Source of the DNA: Balanoglossus misakiensis
Taxonomy: Eukaryota > Animalia > Hemichordata
Direction of reading: 5' to 3'
NCBI GenBank assembly: GCA_040954595.2
Contig: CM082577.2
Span: 2,728,001 to 2,792,000, forward strand
Length of the DNA: 64,000 nucleotides
Under the pieces are notes generated by a model that was not told the DNA's origin, did not search any database, and saw nothing but the letters and a program-made list of their open reading frames with translations. The position numbers and the translations under genes were made by a program. This document shows, piece by piece, positions 28,257-40,900 of this stretch. Within the stretch, counting starts at the first letter, position 1. The number at the start of each line of letters is the position of its first letter.

Positions 28257-30524
28257 ATAAAATACAAATTCAACCCCGTATAAAGACGGATGATGAGCGT
28301 TCGCTATTGGGTTTCGCAAATTTGCCGACGTCGTTCTCCAAGATTAATTTCCACCGCGCAGGGCAGGTGAGCGTGTAATTGATATTCATGTTCAATTACG
28401 ACGGAATTCTATTCCCTCCTTTATTATGACAGAACACTGGAAACGATTGCGCTCCCATTGTACAGTGCTTTCGACAAAAAAATGAGAAAGGTCAGATTTT
28501 ACGTCAGACGACACCCGTGGTCCCATTTCCTCTCGACTAATTTCCCCGCGACTGGCGGAAAGCGCCGCCATTGAAACGAGAGTATCTCTCTTTGATGTTG
28601 AACATCATGGTGCGCCCTGCCATGCAGACGGAACTGGACACACGGATGATATAGGCTTAGCCCGTATTCTTGAAAAAAATCATTTGATTTCTATAACGCT
28701 CATTAACCAGTGCCTCGCTGTGGAGACTGCCGCTGGTGCATATATCTGCATCTTTTGCATCTTCCCGCCAAACAGCAAGCTTGCTAAAAATCTGACGTTC
28801 CATAAGAATAAGGCCCACGGCAATTTCATTCTCCTGACAAGATATAGGCTGATTAGTATGCCACCCAAGGAAAGAACTTGGAAGATTTCGTCAATTAAAT
28901 GCTACCGTATGGCTACATGCTCAAGGTCAACTAGGTCACGATGGGGAGACATTTTTCAAAAGAAGATCTTCAAGCATTCTATACTTTCCTATCTATTTTC
29001 TGGAGACGCAACAACCTGTTTGGCTGTTGTATGTTAGGCTCTGGTCAGTTTATCTGCGGGGGGGGGGGGGTCGGTAGATTAGTAAGGGTGTAGGGAAAAT
29101 GCTCATTAGGAGCATCATTGTTTTCTTTATTGTGAGTGAGTACAAATTTCATATTGTGCTAACCCACAACTGCGTCAACACGCACCGCGCCCGCCGGGAA
29201 TTGCATCATTTGGACTCAATTTTCTGTCGCGTAAGTGTACAATAAATACAGGTTGAACACCCCAACACTCCGTTCACCCTTGTATCCATCCACACTGAAC
29301 TTTTTTTCACTCAATGAAGTTTCCCCTTGTCAATTCTGCTGCTTTTGGGGCTGTCAAATTTAACGATTTGTTTTTACAACAGTCGTATCGCTTTCTCCTA
29401 TATACCGCCACTTGGTCTTAAAGATCACTGCGCGGTGTATTAAGGCTTACTTGTGCTTTATTGATGTTCGCTCAGGGCCTGATTACAGCAGTGCCAACTC
29501 ATCCAAACCGTCTCCTTACGACTCTCGTTTTTAATCAAATCTATTTATTGCCGTACTCTGTCACTTACGAGCTAAAGCTATTTTCAGATGTCGGCAAGTC
29601 TGATGTTTCTTTCCTCATATATTTCTTTGGCTGTTAACTAATGCGCGATGGTTTCGTCCGCATGGGTTCGGTCTGTGTTGCATCGCATCGTCTGTGGCAC
29701 ATGATATGCACCAAGAGGCGGCTGCTTTCAGAATGCCCCGGTGAGCTATAAACTAAAATAGTCCTCATGATAAAATCACTCAAAGACACCTGACGATCTA
29801 GGTTGAAACGTGACCACTCGCCAATATTTTTTCCAACACACACAAGTCTAGTTGCGATCATGTGCTTTCGTCATGCTTTGCTCCGGGCGCACCAGCCAGT
29901 TCCCGTCTGTTCGTGTCGCAACGTCGGACGCGGCTGGAACGCGTTCTCCACTGAATTCAAGCGTATCGAAATCCCCATTCTGAGACTTGCTTTAAATCGT
30001 TTCATGACTGATGCTACCCGTTTTCTTTTATTGCTGCACATGATTTGTTCTCCATTCGAACAATTTAAACTAGTCACGTACAGTAACAGACAGGTCGGCA
30101 GAGAGACGGCTGAATACAATGTACAGCATAGCAGGGGTTTCTCTGATTCACGGTTTCAGAAAGAAAGCAGCGCGCATGCAATTTGGTATATAGAAAACAC
30201 CGTCAGAAAAGGACTTTCATTTCCTTTTGCTTGTTGCCGGGTATAGAATAATCGAGTTTCTGTCATTTGCGCTCAAATTACGCTTTCCTGTATAAACGAC
30301 CTTACCCTTGGAGAATTGTGTGACGCTGCATGTAACTTTGCGCCACAGAAGTAATTTCCGTTATTATTGGTACCTTGAAAAAAATAGTGCAATGTTACGT
30401 CAAAGAGACCGCATGGTGCAATTCCTTGACGCTTGCGTGTGTTTTTTCGCAGGAAACCAATGACCAACATTTTGAGATCGCGCCCAGCTTCCTCCCAGCG
30501 CCAGACGTCACCTGGGGGATTCCT

Positions 30525-32066
30525 ATGTGCGGCGGTTCCCTACCGATGAACCAGCGGATGACTGCCATGATGATATTTTACAGGTGCACTCGACTGAAGA
30601 GACTCTACGCAATAGCATTCATCCTATTCGCCAATGTGTTGCTGAGTATACGATTCTGGCCCGTGCCCTGGCCCTTCGCCAACCCCGGTGCTCAACGTGG
30701 TCTGCTCGGTCCGCTAGAGGGCGCCTTACGCGCTCGCCAAGGCCCCCAGCGCAACTTGGCCAACCGCGAGGATCTTTCGGACGCCGAGAACTTCGACCAT
30801 TCGTACGATGTGAAGTACGAGGAATTGCTTTACGATAAGAACTCCCTCAAGAATTTCGATTCTTTTACTTGTTCCCAACTGATTACCGGGAGCGAAGAAG
30901 TGAATAAGACAGCAGTTGAAGCGCGGAACCGCTATTTAAAATCGCACATTCTCCACGACGCGGCGTTCAATCTGCTGGCGGAAAACTGCACAATGTTCAC
31001 GGAAAAGAGGAAGTATTTCGAAAAACCGGTGACGGACGAAGAGTTGGATTTCCCGCTAGCCTACGGCATTTACATGTACAAGTCGGTGCACCAGGTCGAG
31101 CAGCTGTTACAGAGCATCTACCGGCCGCAGAACGTTTACTGCATCCACGTGGACCGCAAGGCGTCGCCCCCGATTCACAGGGCCATGCAGGCGATCGCCA
31201 AGTGTTTCGACAATGTCTTCATCGCCTCCAGGCTGGCGCGGGTCACCTGGTGTTCGATAGAGGTCGTTCGCGCCGAGCTCTACTGCCTTTCTGACTTGCT
31301 GAAACGCCGCGAAAAGTGGAAATATTATCTCAACTTGAGCGGCCAGGAGTTCCCGCTAAAAACTAACCTAGAAATCGTGCAGATTCTGAACGAATATGGC
31401 GGGATGAGTGACGTCATCAGTAATTCGGGGAGAACCAATCCCGAAAGGCACAAATTTCAGTATTTTATCACCAAAAATGGGCATATAAAGAATTCCACGA
31501 TACAGCGCACCAAGCCGAAACCCTTCCCCGGGCCGACTTACAAAGGCGAACTCCACGTCGCCCTGAGCAGACGGTTCGCCGAGTTCATACTCCGATCCAA
31601 AGTCGGCCAGTCCTGGTTCGCCTGGCTCAACGACACCCTCTGCCCGGACGAGTACTTCTACCAGACGCTAAGTCGTCTCCCCGGCGTCCCGGGGGTCCTA
31701 GAGAGCAACGCAAGCTCGCTGACGGCGCTGACCAGGTTCAAGACTTGGAAGTTCGAGGGGGCGGTCGACAACATCTGCAACGGGCGCTTCGTCCGGCAGA
31801 TTTGCGTCTACGGATGGAAGGACCTGCCGCAGGTGACTGCGCAGCCGTACCTCTTCGCCAACAAATTTCACGCGGACTTCGACAGCGTCGTGTTAGACTG
31901 TCTCGATGAGCTTATCCGGAACCGCACCCACAATCCAATAAAACTAAATCTTCCGGTGTACAGGAAATTCTCGCAGCTCCGATCTGCGAAGGCTGCAGCG
32001 GGCGCTGAACACTGGGTGATACGGAACCAAACAATTGCAACTGCAGCGCCTACCGTCAGCAACTGA
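30525..32066 (+). CDS. Core-2/I-branching beta-1,6-N-acetylglucosaminyltransferase (GT14, GCNT family), single coding exon
   Basis: Long ORF with a type II signal-anchor (LYAIAFILFANVLLSIRFW). GT14 motifs include FPLAYGIYMYK, IYRPQNVYCIHVDRK, WKYYLNLSGQEFPLKTNLEIV, PDEYFYQTL, CVYG and LFANKF. A splice acceptor (ttttttcgcAG, 30452) precedes the first ATGs at 30525, 30546 and 30558, so the start is uncertain and upstream UTR exons are likely. The specific paralogue cannot be assigned. Confidence 0.92.
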   Translation: MCGGSLPMNQRMTAMMIFYRCTRLKRLYAIAFILFANVLLSIRFWPVPWPFANPGAQRGLLGPLEGALRARQGPQRNLANREDLSDAENFDHSYDVKYEELLYDKNSLKNFDSFTCSQLITGSEEVNKTAVEARNRYLKSHILHDAAFNLLAENCTMFTEKRKYFEKPVTDEELDFPLAYGIYMYKSVHQVEQLLQSIYRPQNVYCIHVDRKASPPIHRAMQAIAKCFDNVFIASRLARVTWCSIEVVRAELYCLSDLLKRREKWKYYLNLSGQEFPLKTNLEIVQILNEYGGMSDVISNSGRTNPERHKFQYFITKNGHIKNSTIQRTKPKPFPGPTYKGELHVALSRRFAEFILRSKVGQSWFAWLNDTLCPDEYFYQTLSRLPGVPGVLESNASSLTALTRFKTWKFEGAVDNICNGRFVRQICVYGWKDLPQVTAQPYLFANKFHADFDSVVLDCLDELIRNRTHNPIKLNLPVYRKFSQLRSAKAAAGAEHWVIRNQTIATAAPTVSN

Positions 32067-33189
32067 TTTTTTTGGGCTAGAAGAGGTTGGACGGGGATAT
32101 GTACATAAAATGAATACAAGAACAAAAGGTGCTAGACCTGAACAGTCTATATTACAGAGATATATTAAATTCACACGGAACAATGAAATATTTCCAGTGA
32201 AAAGAATAACTGCTTTTAATTTTGTAAATATGTGTATATATAATGCGATCTATCATCGTTGGTATGGCGACGCAAATTTCTGACTATGCCACGATCTTGC
32301 CAAATGTATAGAATATATGTGAGTTTTACCCTGATAGCGGAAACTGTGCGTCGACTGCCTGCATGTGTATGTTTAGTGTTCGCCACAAGACGGAAGATCA
32401 GTCGCTGGAGAGGGCGCCCCAACCTCCAAGGAGCGATTCGTACGACGCGACTGCTCTTCCGTCCATCAGTAATGGTGACGTGGTCTTGGTATCGGTGTGG
32501 ACATTTTGTGGTGCAGGAGCATGCAATGTCAGGTATGTGAGACAGAGGCTGACTTAACTTTTTCAACGTAAAATCTGTCTCTTGGTTCCTATGATAAGTA
32601 TTGTGTTATGCATGTTTGCGCAGAACCGTCGGTTCGCCGAATGTTCTTAGTGCTCTCACTGAGCTCACACTGCGCGTACCGTGACATGGTGAACTTCTGC
32701 AAGGATGTGTGTGACGTCATAGACGTGTTGCACGACTTCTTCAGAAGCAAGGCGAGATATTGCCTCTGGTGACAGATAAATCAAAATAAAGTCGAACAAT
32801 ACACGTGACCTGGCACGTGAATATAAAATATCATTACAATGAATGTCAAAAGATATCTCTTTGAGGGTCGCGGTCTTTTGGCGTTAGAGAGCCTTAGTGT
32901 CGTGTGACACTTTTCAAATTGTTTAACGTTACACAAATCATGCACACAGTATTTAGACATTTTAAAAATTACACAATAATCTCAGAGTGCACACTACATT
33001 ACGGAACCAGAATCATCGTTGTAGATTTTTTCTGTCACAACAAAGACGGGCCATCGGCAGTCGCTTCCAGTCATACAAGTCTTCATCTAAAACTTGTTCA
33101 AAAGATTAACTTAAATTTTGAACTGCGTACGTGGCGTGGGACTGGAGAACGACAATAAAAGTGATTTTACTGATGAAATGAAAAGTAGT

Positions 33190-33268
33190 GTGTGTGTGTT
33201 CGTGTGTGTGAGAGAGAGAGAGAGAGTGAGAGAGAGAGAGACATGGGAAAAGGGAGGGAGGGAGGGAG
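33190..33268 (+). repeat. (GT)n/(GA)n/(GGGA)n compound simple repeat
   Basis: Directly visible dinucleotide and GGGA runs. Confidence 0.8.
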
Positions 33269-34365
33269 AACATTGCTTGAGCATGGGCATGGACGCCGTG
33301 GAAGGGTCTAGAATTATTATATCATACAAATAAGTACATACAACAAACAACAAACATACAGCTTCCTAGACTATTATTCTCGTGATAAATCGAATCTTGT
33401 CTACGATCTCTCATTTATGTGGAGGGGTCATACTTTACAGCGAAACTGTAAATTATCGGGCAAAAATCACGTGATTTGACATTCGGGAGAGATAGCCGAT
33501 ACAATGCCAACGTGTCATTATGTATCGATCAAACCTATGGTCTTGGGGCGTCATTGTGGTGTGATATTCAAATGCCAAAATATGATGAAATATGATAAAG
33601 CATTCTATTGTAAAGCGATGAAATATTACAAACCGTTGCATGTCATGCCGAGGTAATCTGCGGCCAGTGTCCCTCCCCAAATGCTTGACAAGAAGCGTCT
33701 TCGCCCCAAAAGAATTATTCAATGTGCGTTCAGTAAAATTGAAAGTATTGTAATTTCTTTTAATTGTTGATTTTTGAGATTATCCTGTGTATGTATAATG
33801 AAAATCCGTGATTTCTGTAGGCTTCTACAAATTACCGTGACTTTGTCCCCGAACTCATGCAAAGGATGTTAAGACAAATGTGTTTCTGTTACGTATCTTT
33901 CCTATAATATATTTTCTTTGAACTTTGTTTTACTTTTGTGTGCAATTCGTCACATTTTGAAAAACCTGACTCGGACCATCTCTAAACAGTGCTCTGAAGA
34001 GATCTTTAGAAACAAATTTTTGTCGGACGGACGACAACGGCGGATAATCATACCTGCTGTCATCTGTCTATGCATTAAACAATTATAGCAGAGTTGTCGT
34101 TCATAACAATATTTGTTGGAGGTTGATCTACCTCCTCCCAAATATGGCACGCTTCACCTTTTGACCCATTTCCTCCGGTGAAAAACGTATCATATCGGAA
34201 TATAAATCAGTGTAGGGAGTTTATGAAGTGCCTCCAAATCTTTGGCAAACATCGCTTATGTACACACAGACAATCAGATAGCTTCTAACAATCTTCAAAA
34301 ACCAAACAAGTGACGGCTTTTATGGCAGGGTGACATCCCTCATGAGTACTCAGGCAAAATCAGAG

Positions 34366-34429
34366 GTAAACAAACCCCATTTTATTTGCATATTGGTATT
34401 GTCCGTTGGGGGAAAGAGGCCCTATATTA
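34366..34429 (+). promoter_or_regulatory. Putative proximal promoter of the secreted mosaic gene
   Basis: Forkhead-type GTAAACAA at 34366-34373, octamer ATTTGCAT at 34384-34391, reverse CCAAT at 34392-34396 and TATA-like TATATTA at 34423-34429. The cluster lies about 150 bp upstream of the ATG at 34582. Confidence 0.4.
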
Positions 34430-34581
34430 GCGCATCCTCCAGCCAGGCCACAACAGTTCTCGTTTAGAGTTCCCTAACGCTGTGCATAGCAGCAGTGGAA
34501 ACGATTAAACGATTGTATATCTGTGGAATCGACCGCACTAGGACACCAGATTACAGGACTCGCGTCTGACCTGGCCTGAAG

Positions 34582-34894
34582 ATGAAGCATCTGCTTCTTA
34601 TCTTGGTCGCCTTCGCGGCAATCGCGCAAGGCAAAAACGACGCTTTCAAGGAATGGGAAGATTCACACACCACGACGAACATCAACATTCCCGACTACGT
34701 GGATCCTCTGTGGTAAGTCGAATCCCGGGTTCTGTTTCCAGAGAGCCGCGTCATATTTTGTGAAATCTGGCAGCAATGTCGCACATTCTTTGCACTTGCA
34801 CCGCACGTTACGTTGTTTTCCATTGTGGTGGGTTCGTTTATGTTTGTTAGGGCGTGATATGTTTCTGGCCTCCATGGTAGTTACTGTGGATAGA

Positions 34895-34965
<71 letters not shown>

Positions 34966-37900
34966 TTCTACTGTCTCATGTAAAACTGATTGTTGTATAT
35001 CACTGGAAACACTATACAAACACGCTGAAAGAACGTATCGCTCCCAAGTTGACGCAGAGTCTTACGTCTGCACGTGTACTTATAGTTATGCAAGTACTTT
35101 GCATGAAATGTTGTGGGTGTGTACTTTTTGGATAGTCAGTCGTATGCGTGCATGAAAATAGCATAATATTTTCAATATCTCTGTATTCTGCCACCCACGA
35201 CAATTCTCGATCATTGTTATAATTAATACTGCCGTGAACTCTTAATGTAAAATGTTCGCTGTGGGTTCTTTGAAGTTTTGTTACTCACTGCTATTAAAGG
35301 GAAATCAACAAGTGTCCTCTGACATGTAAACACTCTGCAGTATTTGTCATAAATACGGCGTCCCTCGTATTGGGGTCAAACTTTCTTCGCCAAACAAAGA
35401 ATCTGCAGGGGATGACCACGGTCATTCCACCTGCATGACACGGCGATAGGAAGTGGCTAGCGGGACTGAAATACAGCAAGCATGAAGTGGGGACGACATT
35501 TCTTCTATACAAACTGCCTTTCACCAAACAAATTTTCGCTATTAAAGTTTCATATGACGGATGTGTTTCCCGTGACCTTTTCTTTTATGTGGCCCTGACT
35601 GACTGAACGAGTTGAAAACAATTTACACAAACATGTGTGTGTTGTTTTCAGCCAGTTTGGTGTGATAAAAATTATGAAATACCGAACGGTTGTTCACCCC
35701 TGTCCTCTAGAAATCGTGAAGGAAACGAATGTTTCTTACGGGAAGTGTGTGGAAATTGGCGGCAATCGTGGCGGATATGCACGATCCAGGAAAAAAGCCA
35801 AGTTGGGAACTCAACATCCCAAATCAAATCAAATCAAATCAAATCAAAACCCAAATATTGCCTAAAATACCCCAGCATCGGGTTTGAACATTATATAGGC
35901 CTATACCACGGACACTGTGTGGAGTGACCGTGCCTATACCAATAACGCTCGGAGACGTTTGCACGATTTCAGTCAGATAAGACCTTATACTAAATTTTCT
36001 TCAAACGCAAACACAAACCTGTTGAAGTGTCAACAGAAAACGTCAACACGGAGTTTGTCGACAAACAACCTTATCTTATCTGCCGGACCCCCCCCCCCCC
36101 CCCCCGATGAACAAGAAATTGCCCGGTCCTTATGAATGCGACCTGAATATCTTACAAAAACAACATCACACCATGGGTACTTGTCAGTCCAACTATATTT
36201 TTCCACTTTTTCGCTGTTGTCTTGTCTCCTTAGCTTTGTATTCAGGCCTATTTTAATACAATCGCGCACTCTACGTCCTAAGTTCTATCATTTATCAATC
36301 GATGCGCCCATCCCGAATCTCCACCCTTCTACTTTCAATCATGATTTTCTTTCTCCATGTCAACCTCACATTTTCGAGAGAAAAGCTTATCCGTCGGAAA
36401 AAGGCAAATAAAAAGAAAAAAAGTCTAGTTCTTGAATCCCAGTGATATAATAAAGCCTACAGGTGCACCATTCTGGAATCTAATGTTCAGTGGTGGAGAG
36501 ATAGTACATGAATGTCATGGCTATATTTTCTTTCTTTTTTTTTCAGGTCTGAGAGAGTCTGCACGTACACAACAACATGGGGATAGTAAGTAAAAACATC
36601 ATGTTTAAATCCAGCGTTAGATTTTTTTTTAAAGTTTGGTAACTCACAGTAGGAAGCAAATCTAGAAGCCCGCGAGGGGATTGGGTGTCGCCTGGTATTT
36701 TTGCTAGTAGGCCTGGAGCCTATTTTTGTGTGTGTGTGAGTGTGTGTATGGTTAGCTGTAGCATCTTTATCATTTATCACGTGTAAGCTTTGCTTGCCAC
36801 GATTACCTACCGGATAAACCAATCCCTCAATCTTTCTAATTTCAGTTTATCTCAGAAATGCTGCCCAGGATGGACTGGCTCAGTGGACCGCGGTTGTCTG
36901 ACACGTAAGTCCATACAATTAGACTTAGGGGGTTTTGGTTTTAAAATATCACCAGTCTAGGTGGGTTAAGATTCCGTCTGCTAGCAATTTGTGAATTTGT
37001 GTACTTGTTGAAGGGGATTTCAAATTCGTCAACTGCGGATATAAGAGGAATGCAAGGCAGTCGATTCACAGTGGAAAGGTAAATAACTTGTAGTCTACCT
37101 GGACTTTGACAAAAGTTTCAAATTAGACGCCGCTTTCGGCATTTTTCTGTCAGCATTGTACGTGTACATGCATCCGACTATTACTCCGAGGTCAAGCCAA
37201 GGTCATCTGTTGACCCGCGATCAACGCGAACGTCTCAATGAAATAAAAGTCGTGCAAAGTGTAGATTCCGTTTTGCTCGAGGGCCTATAGTTGAATACTG
37301 TACACCATAAATCACCCGCTGACGGGAATAAAGTGTCATTTCATTTTTGTTTCCGTTTCCGGAGACATTTTGTCGTCTGCTACTTTTTCGTCTGCACTGA
37401 TGACGCCATTTTTTCGTCGACAGCTATTTGTAGCACACCATGTGAGAATGGTGGCGTTTGCGTCAAACCAGAAGTCTGTGAATGCAAGCTAGGATTCTCT
37501 GGAAGTACTTGCGACAGTAAGTAAACATCAAAGAAAAAAATTGTTGGACTATGTAAAATGAGCCTTAGTTACGTCTCTTCAAAATTTATCATATTTTACT
37601 TTTTTTTTTAAAAGATTAATGGATTTGATATATATACATCATTTTTTATGGATGTTAGAGGATTGTTGTAAGCTCCTCAAACATACTGCAAAAGTACGAC
37701 AGGAAGTGTTTTATTCTTGACTAGCGACAATAACGATTTGTGATTTTCTAAAACTTAAAAAACATATAAATGTGCATATCTTATCTCGTGGTTGCAGTTC
37801 TTGAGAAAGGTCTTTGTTGGACTCAGTGGATGAATTCCGATGACCCATACCAGGGCAGAGGAGATTATGAAATACTGTCTGAACTACGCAAAGAGTGAGT

Positions 37901-40900
37901 GGGCATTTTAATGATTTTCTTATGTCAATGTATTGATATTGGTTGTTAGTTGGGATATACTCCCTCCATCATATGCCATGTGATGGAAGACTTACTAGCT
38001 GATCATAAGAAATATGTGTGACAGAGATTAATTTTGTAAGGGTAACACTTTTTCTCGCCTGCATGTCTCTGTAGCTATTCTGTCTGCAAACACTCTGTTC
38101 CCAAAGCCATCGAATGCGAAACTACTGGTGGTATCAAGGTGACCACTAACACTGAAGACAATCTTGTGTGTGACCGTCGTGTCGGCCTGACCTGTGACAA
38201 CACCCAGAGCACGACTTGTGAGGATTACAGAGTCAGATTGCTGTGCCCATGCAAGAGCACCAGTAAGTAAATTAATAGTGGTCTTTTGGCCAATCATCAA
38301 TGGCAGAGTATCTCAGCATTCATGGTCTGAATCTAGGTACATGTATCATATTGGGACTTTCACTTCCCTTCCTCTGCATAGATTCACTCTAGAATTTTCA
38401 AGCAGGCCATAAAAATGTCCATTTCACTCATGTCACCATTGTGAAAGATGAACTGACAAAGGAGAGAGTATTCAAAAGAAAAAAAGACCATCAGACTATA
38501 TATTGCAATTGTATTAACAAAAATCATAATCCACTTATAATTCTGCCATTCAGGAGACATTAATAGAATTGTTTTTGATTAATTTTCTCTTCTAGGTAGT
38601 AGTAAAACTTGCTCATACTCTGGAAAGGAATTTGAACCCCAAGAAGTCACCACTCAGGGCTGCCACACTTGGTAAGTTGGACAAAGCAACAATTTTTCAG
38701 TCAATAACTATAAAGATATTTGATGTTTGTTCATATATTTGTTCATTTGTTCTTCATTATGTGCTTAGTTTGTTCATTTGTCTGTGTTCATTCTTTCATT
38801 CCTTCCTTCATTCATTCATTCATTCATTCATTCATTCATTCAGTCAGTCAGTCAGTCAGTCAGTCAGTCAGTCAGTCAGTCGACTGGTCAGTGAGTCATG
38901 ACATTATTTCTCAATTTTATCTTTTTGTAGCACTTGTTTAGCCACAGGAGATTGGAGCTGCTCCGATGAGACTTGCTTATCCAGTAAGTTAAAAACAATA
39001 TCTTTATATGTACCCATTGAACTATGCCCTAGAATACATAATACACCAGAGTTAATGCCATGTTCAATGTAGTTTCTGTCCAAAATATTCCTCCATGCTT
39101 CACATTCAATAACTTACATGGTTATTTATCAATGCATGTAAAATTGTGAGATTATTTTCTGTTGATGTTATCACAAACATGTTCTTTGCACTTTTATTCA
39201 ACAGCGGATGAAGATTCTAGTACTGTGAGATATGGAGTGTGCCTCCTTGGTGGGAAATTCTACAGATCTTTTGACACTGCATTTTATGGTTCACAGTCAT
39301 GGTAAGTATAATGTACAGTACAGATCAGAAGATTCAGAATAAAGTTTCCAACTGAGTCATCAGCTCTGGGCCAGCCCAGGGTCAGTTAACCTCTCATTAG
39401 CACACATATATACAAGTGCCAAAGCCAAAGCATAAACACAAGCAAGTTTGTTACATGTAACCTATTAGATTTCTAATTTCTGTTACACAGCATGTGCCTT
39501 CAGAGTGGCGCCTGGTCCTGCAATGGTGCCATGGGTATGGCGCTCAGTGGATCGCAGTCTGGCCAGTGTATCACAATCGACGGCACCGAGTATGAGACCA
39601 GAGATGTCATCAACAATGATTGCAACAAATGGTGAGTCCACGTCTTTGAATGCAGCTTGCTAATTTGAGCCACCACTAGGTAGACCTTGAAAAAGACATT
39701 TAGTACATGGAGCTTTAAGAAATTCATTTGGCAATCATTTGTATAGCAAAGTTCATTGATCAATGATTGACCATGCATGATATGCTAACGGTACTTTAGT
39801 GCTCGGTATATATTTTGTGATGGTATCAGGATTTTGAAGACATCTGAATTCAAAATTGCATTTTTGACCCTGAAAACTGGTGGTAAAGTTTGAAGTCCTT
39901 GAATTTAGAGGGACTGGATGCTCATGTTGATTGTGCCTTCATATATCATGTACACATGCATACATGTGCAGTATATACATGTATTTTATATTAAATAAGT
40001 TCATACATCTTAAAATATCTCTGAGTAAATAAATGTGCAAAAAGCATAAACTACAAGATTTGCTAAATTGGACACTCTGAGTGTTTATCTCTGGATTCTT
40101 TAACAGCATCTGTGATGATGGCAAGTGGGAATGCACTAAGATGCTGTGTCCAGCAGTTGGCATTATCAGTGATGAAGACACCATGTGCAAGGCCAATGAC
40201 CAGCTCTACCAAGATGGCCATGTCTACCAGAAGGACTGCAATGTATGGTGAGTACATGTGTGTACTTTCAGAGCACTCGTCGCATTTCTGCCACTACGTA
40301 TACCAGGTAGTAATTGATTCTTCAACCACCAATTTTATACATGTACAATGTACATGTACAGGTATGTTGGTTAGATTTGATTAGCCAGTGCTACTTATAA
40401 AAACTGGTGAGGTTTACCCATTTGTCATTGAAAAACAACTTCAGATACACGTATAACCTCAGTAGACCCTTGAGTTTCTCAAGGGTCTATCACTGTCTTC
40501 AAGTTCAACATACCTGAGCGATTTGATAACTGCATGTAAATTTACGTTAACTTCTTTCTTGTGCTTTTGCAGTGTTTGTACAATAGGCAGATGGGACTGC
40601 ACCAAGTTTGACTGTACAACAATTCCAACCAGCACCAGACCTGAGACATGTACAAATATCGACGGAATCCAGTACCCCCACGGCCAGATGGTGAACAGGG
40701 ACTGCAACACATGGTAAGATATGGCAGGGGATTCCTTTTGTAAAGCATACATGTACAGCTTATGTGCTGGGAGTTTGACATTGAGAAGTCAGTGTAATGT
40801 TATTTGTACCAGACTTTACATCAGGTCTGATGTACAAGTACTTACATGTACATGTACATTTACATTAGGGCCTACCAAGTGTACCATAGGGAACACAAAA

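Noticed and set aside
30375-30524. N-terminal extension of the 563-aa GT14 ORF
   Set aside because: It begins at a TTG and crosses a likely splice acceptor at 30452. The first ATG is at 30525.
34663-35155. Poly-Ile and poly-Met ORFs
   Set aside because: They arise from the (ATG)23 microsatellite in intron 1 of the mosaic gene.
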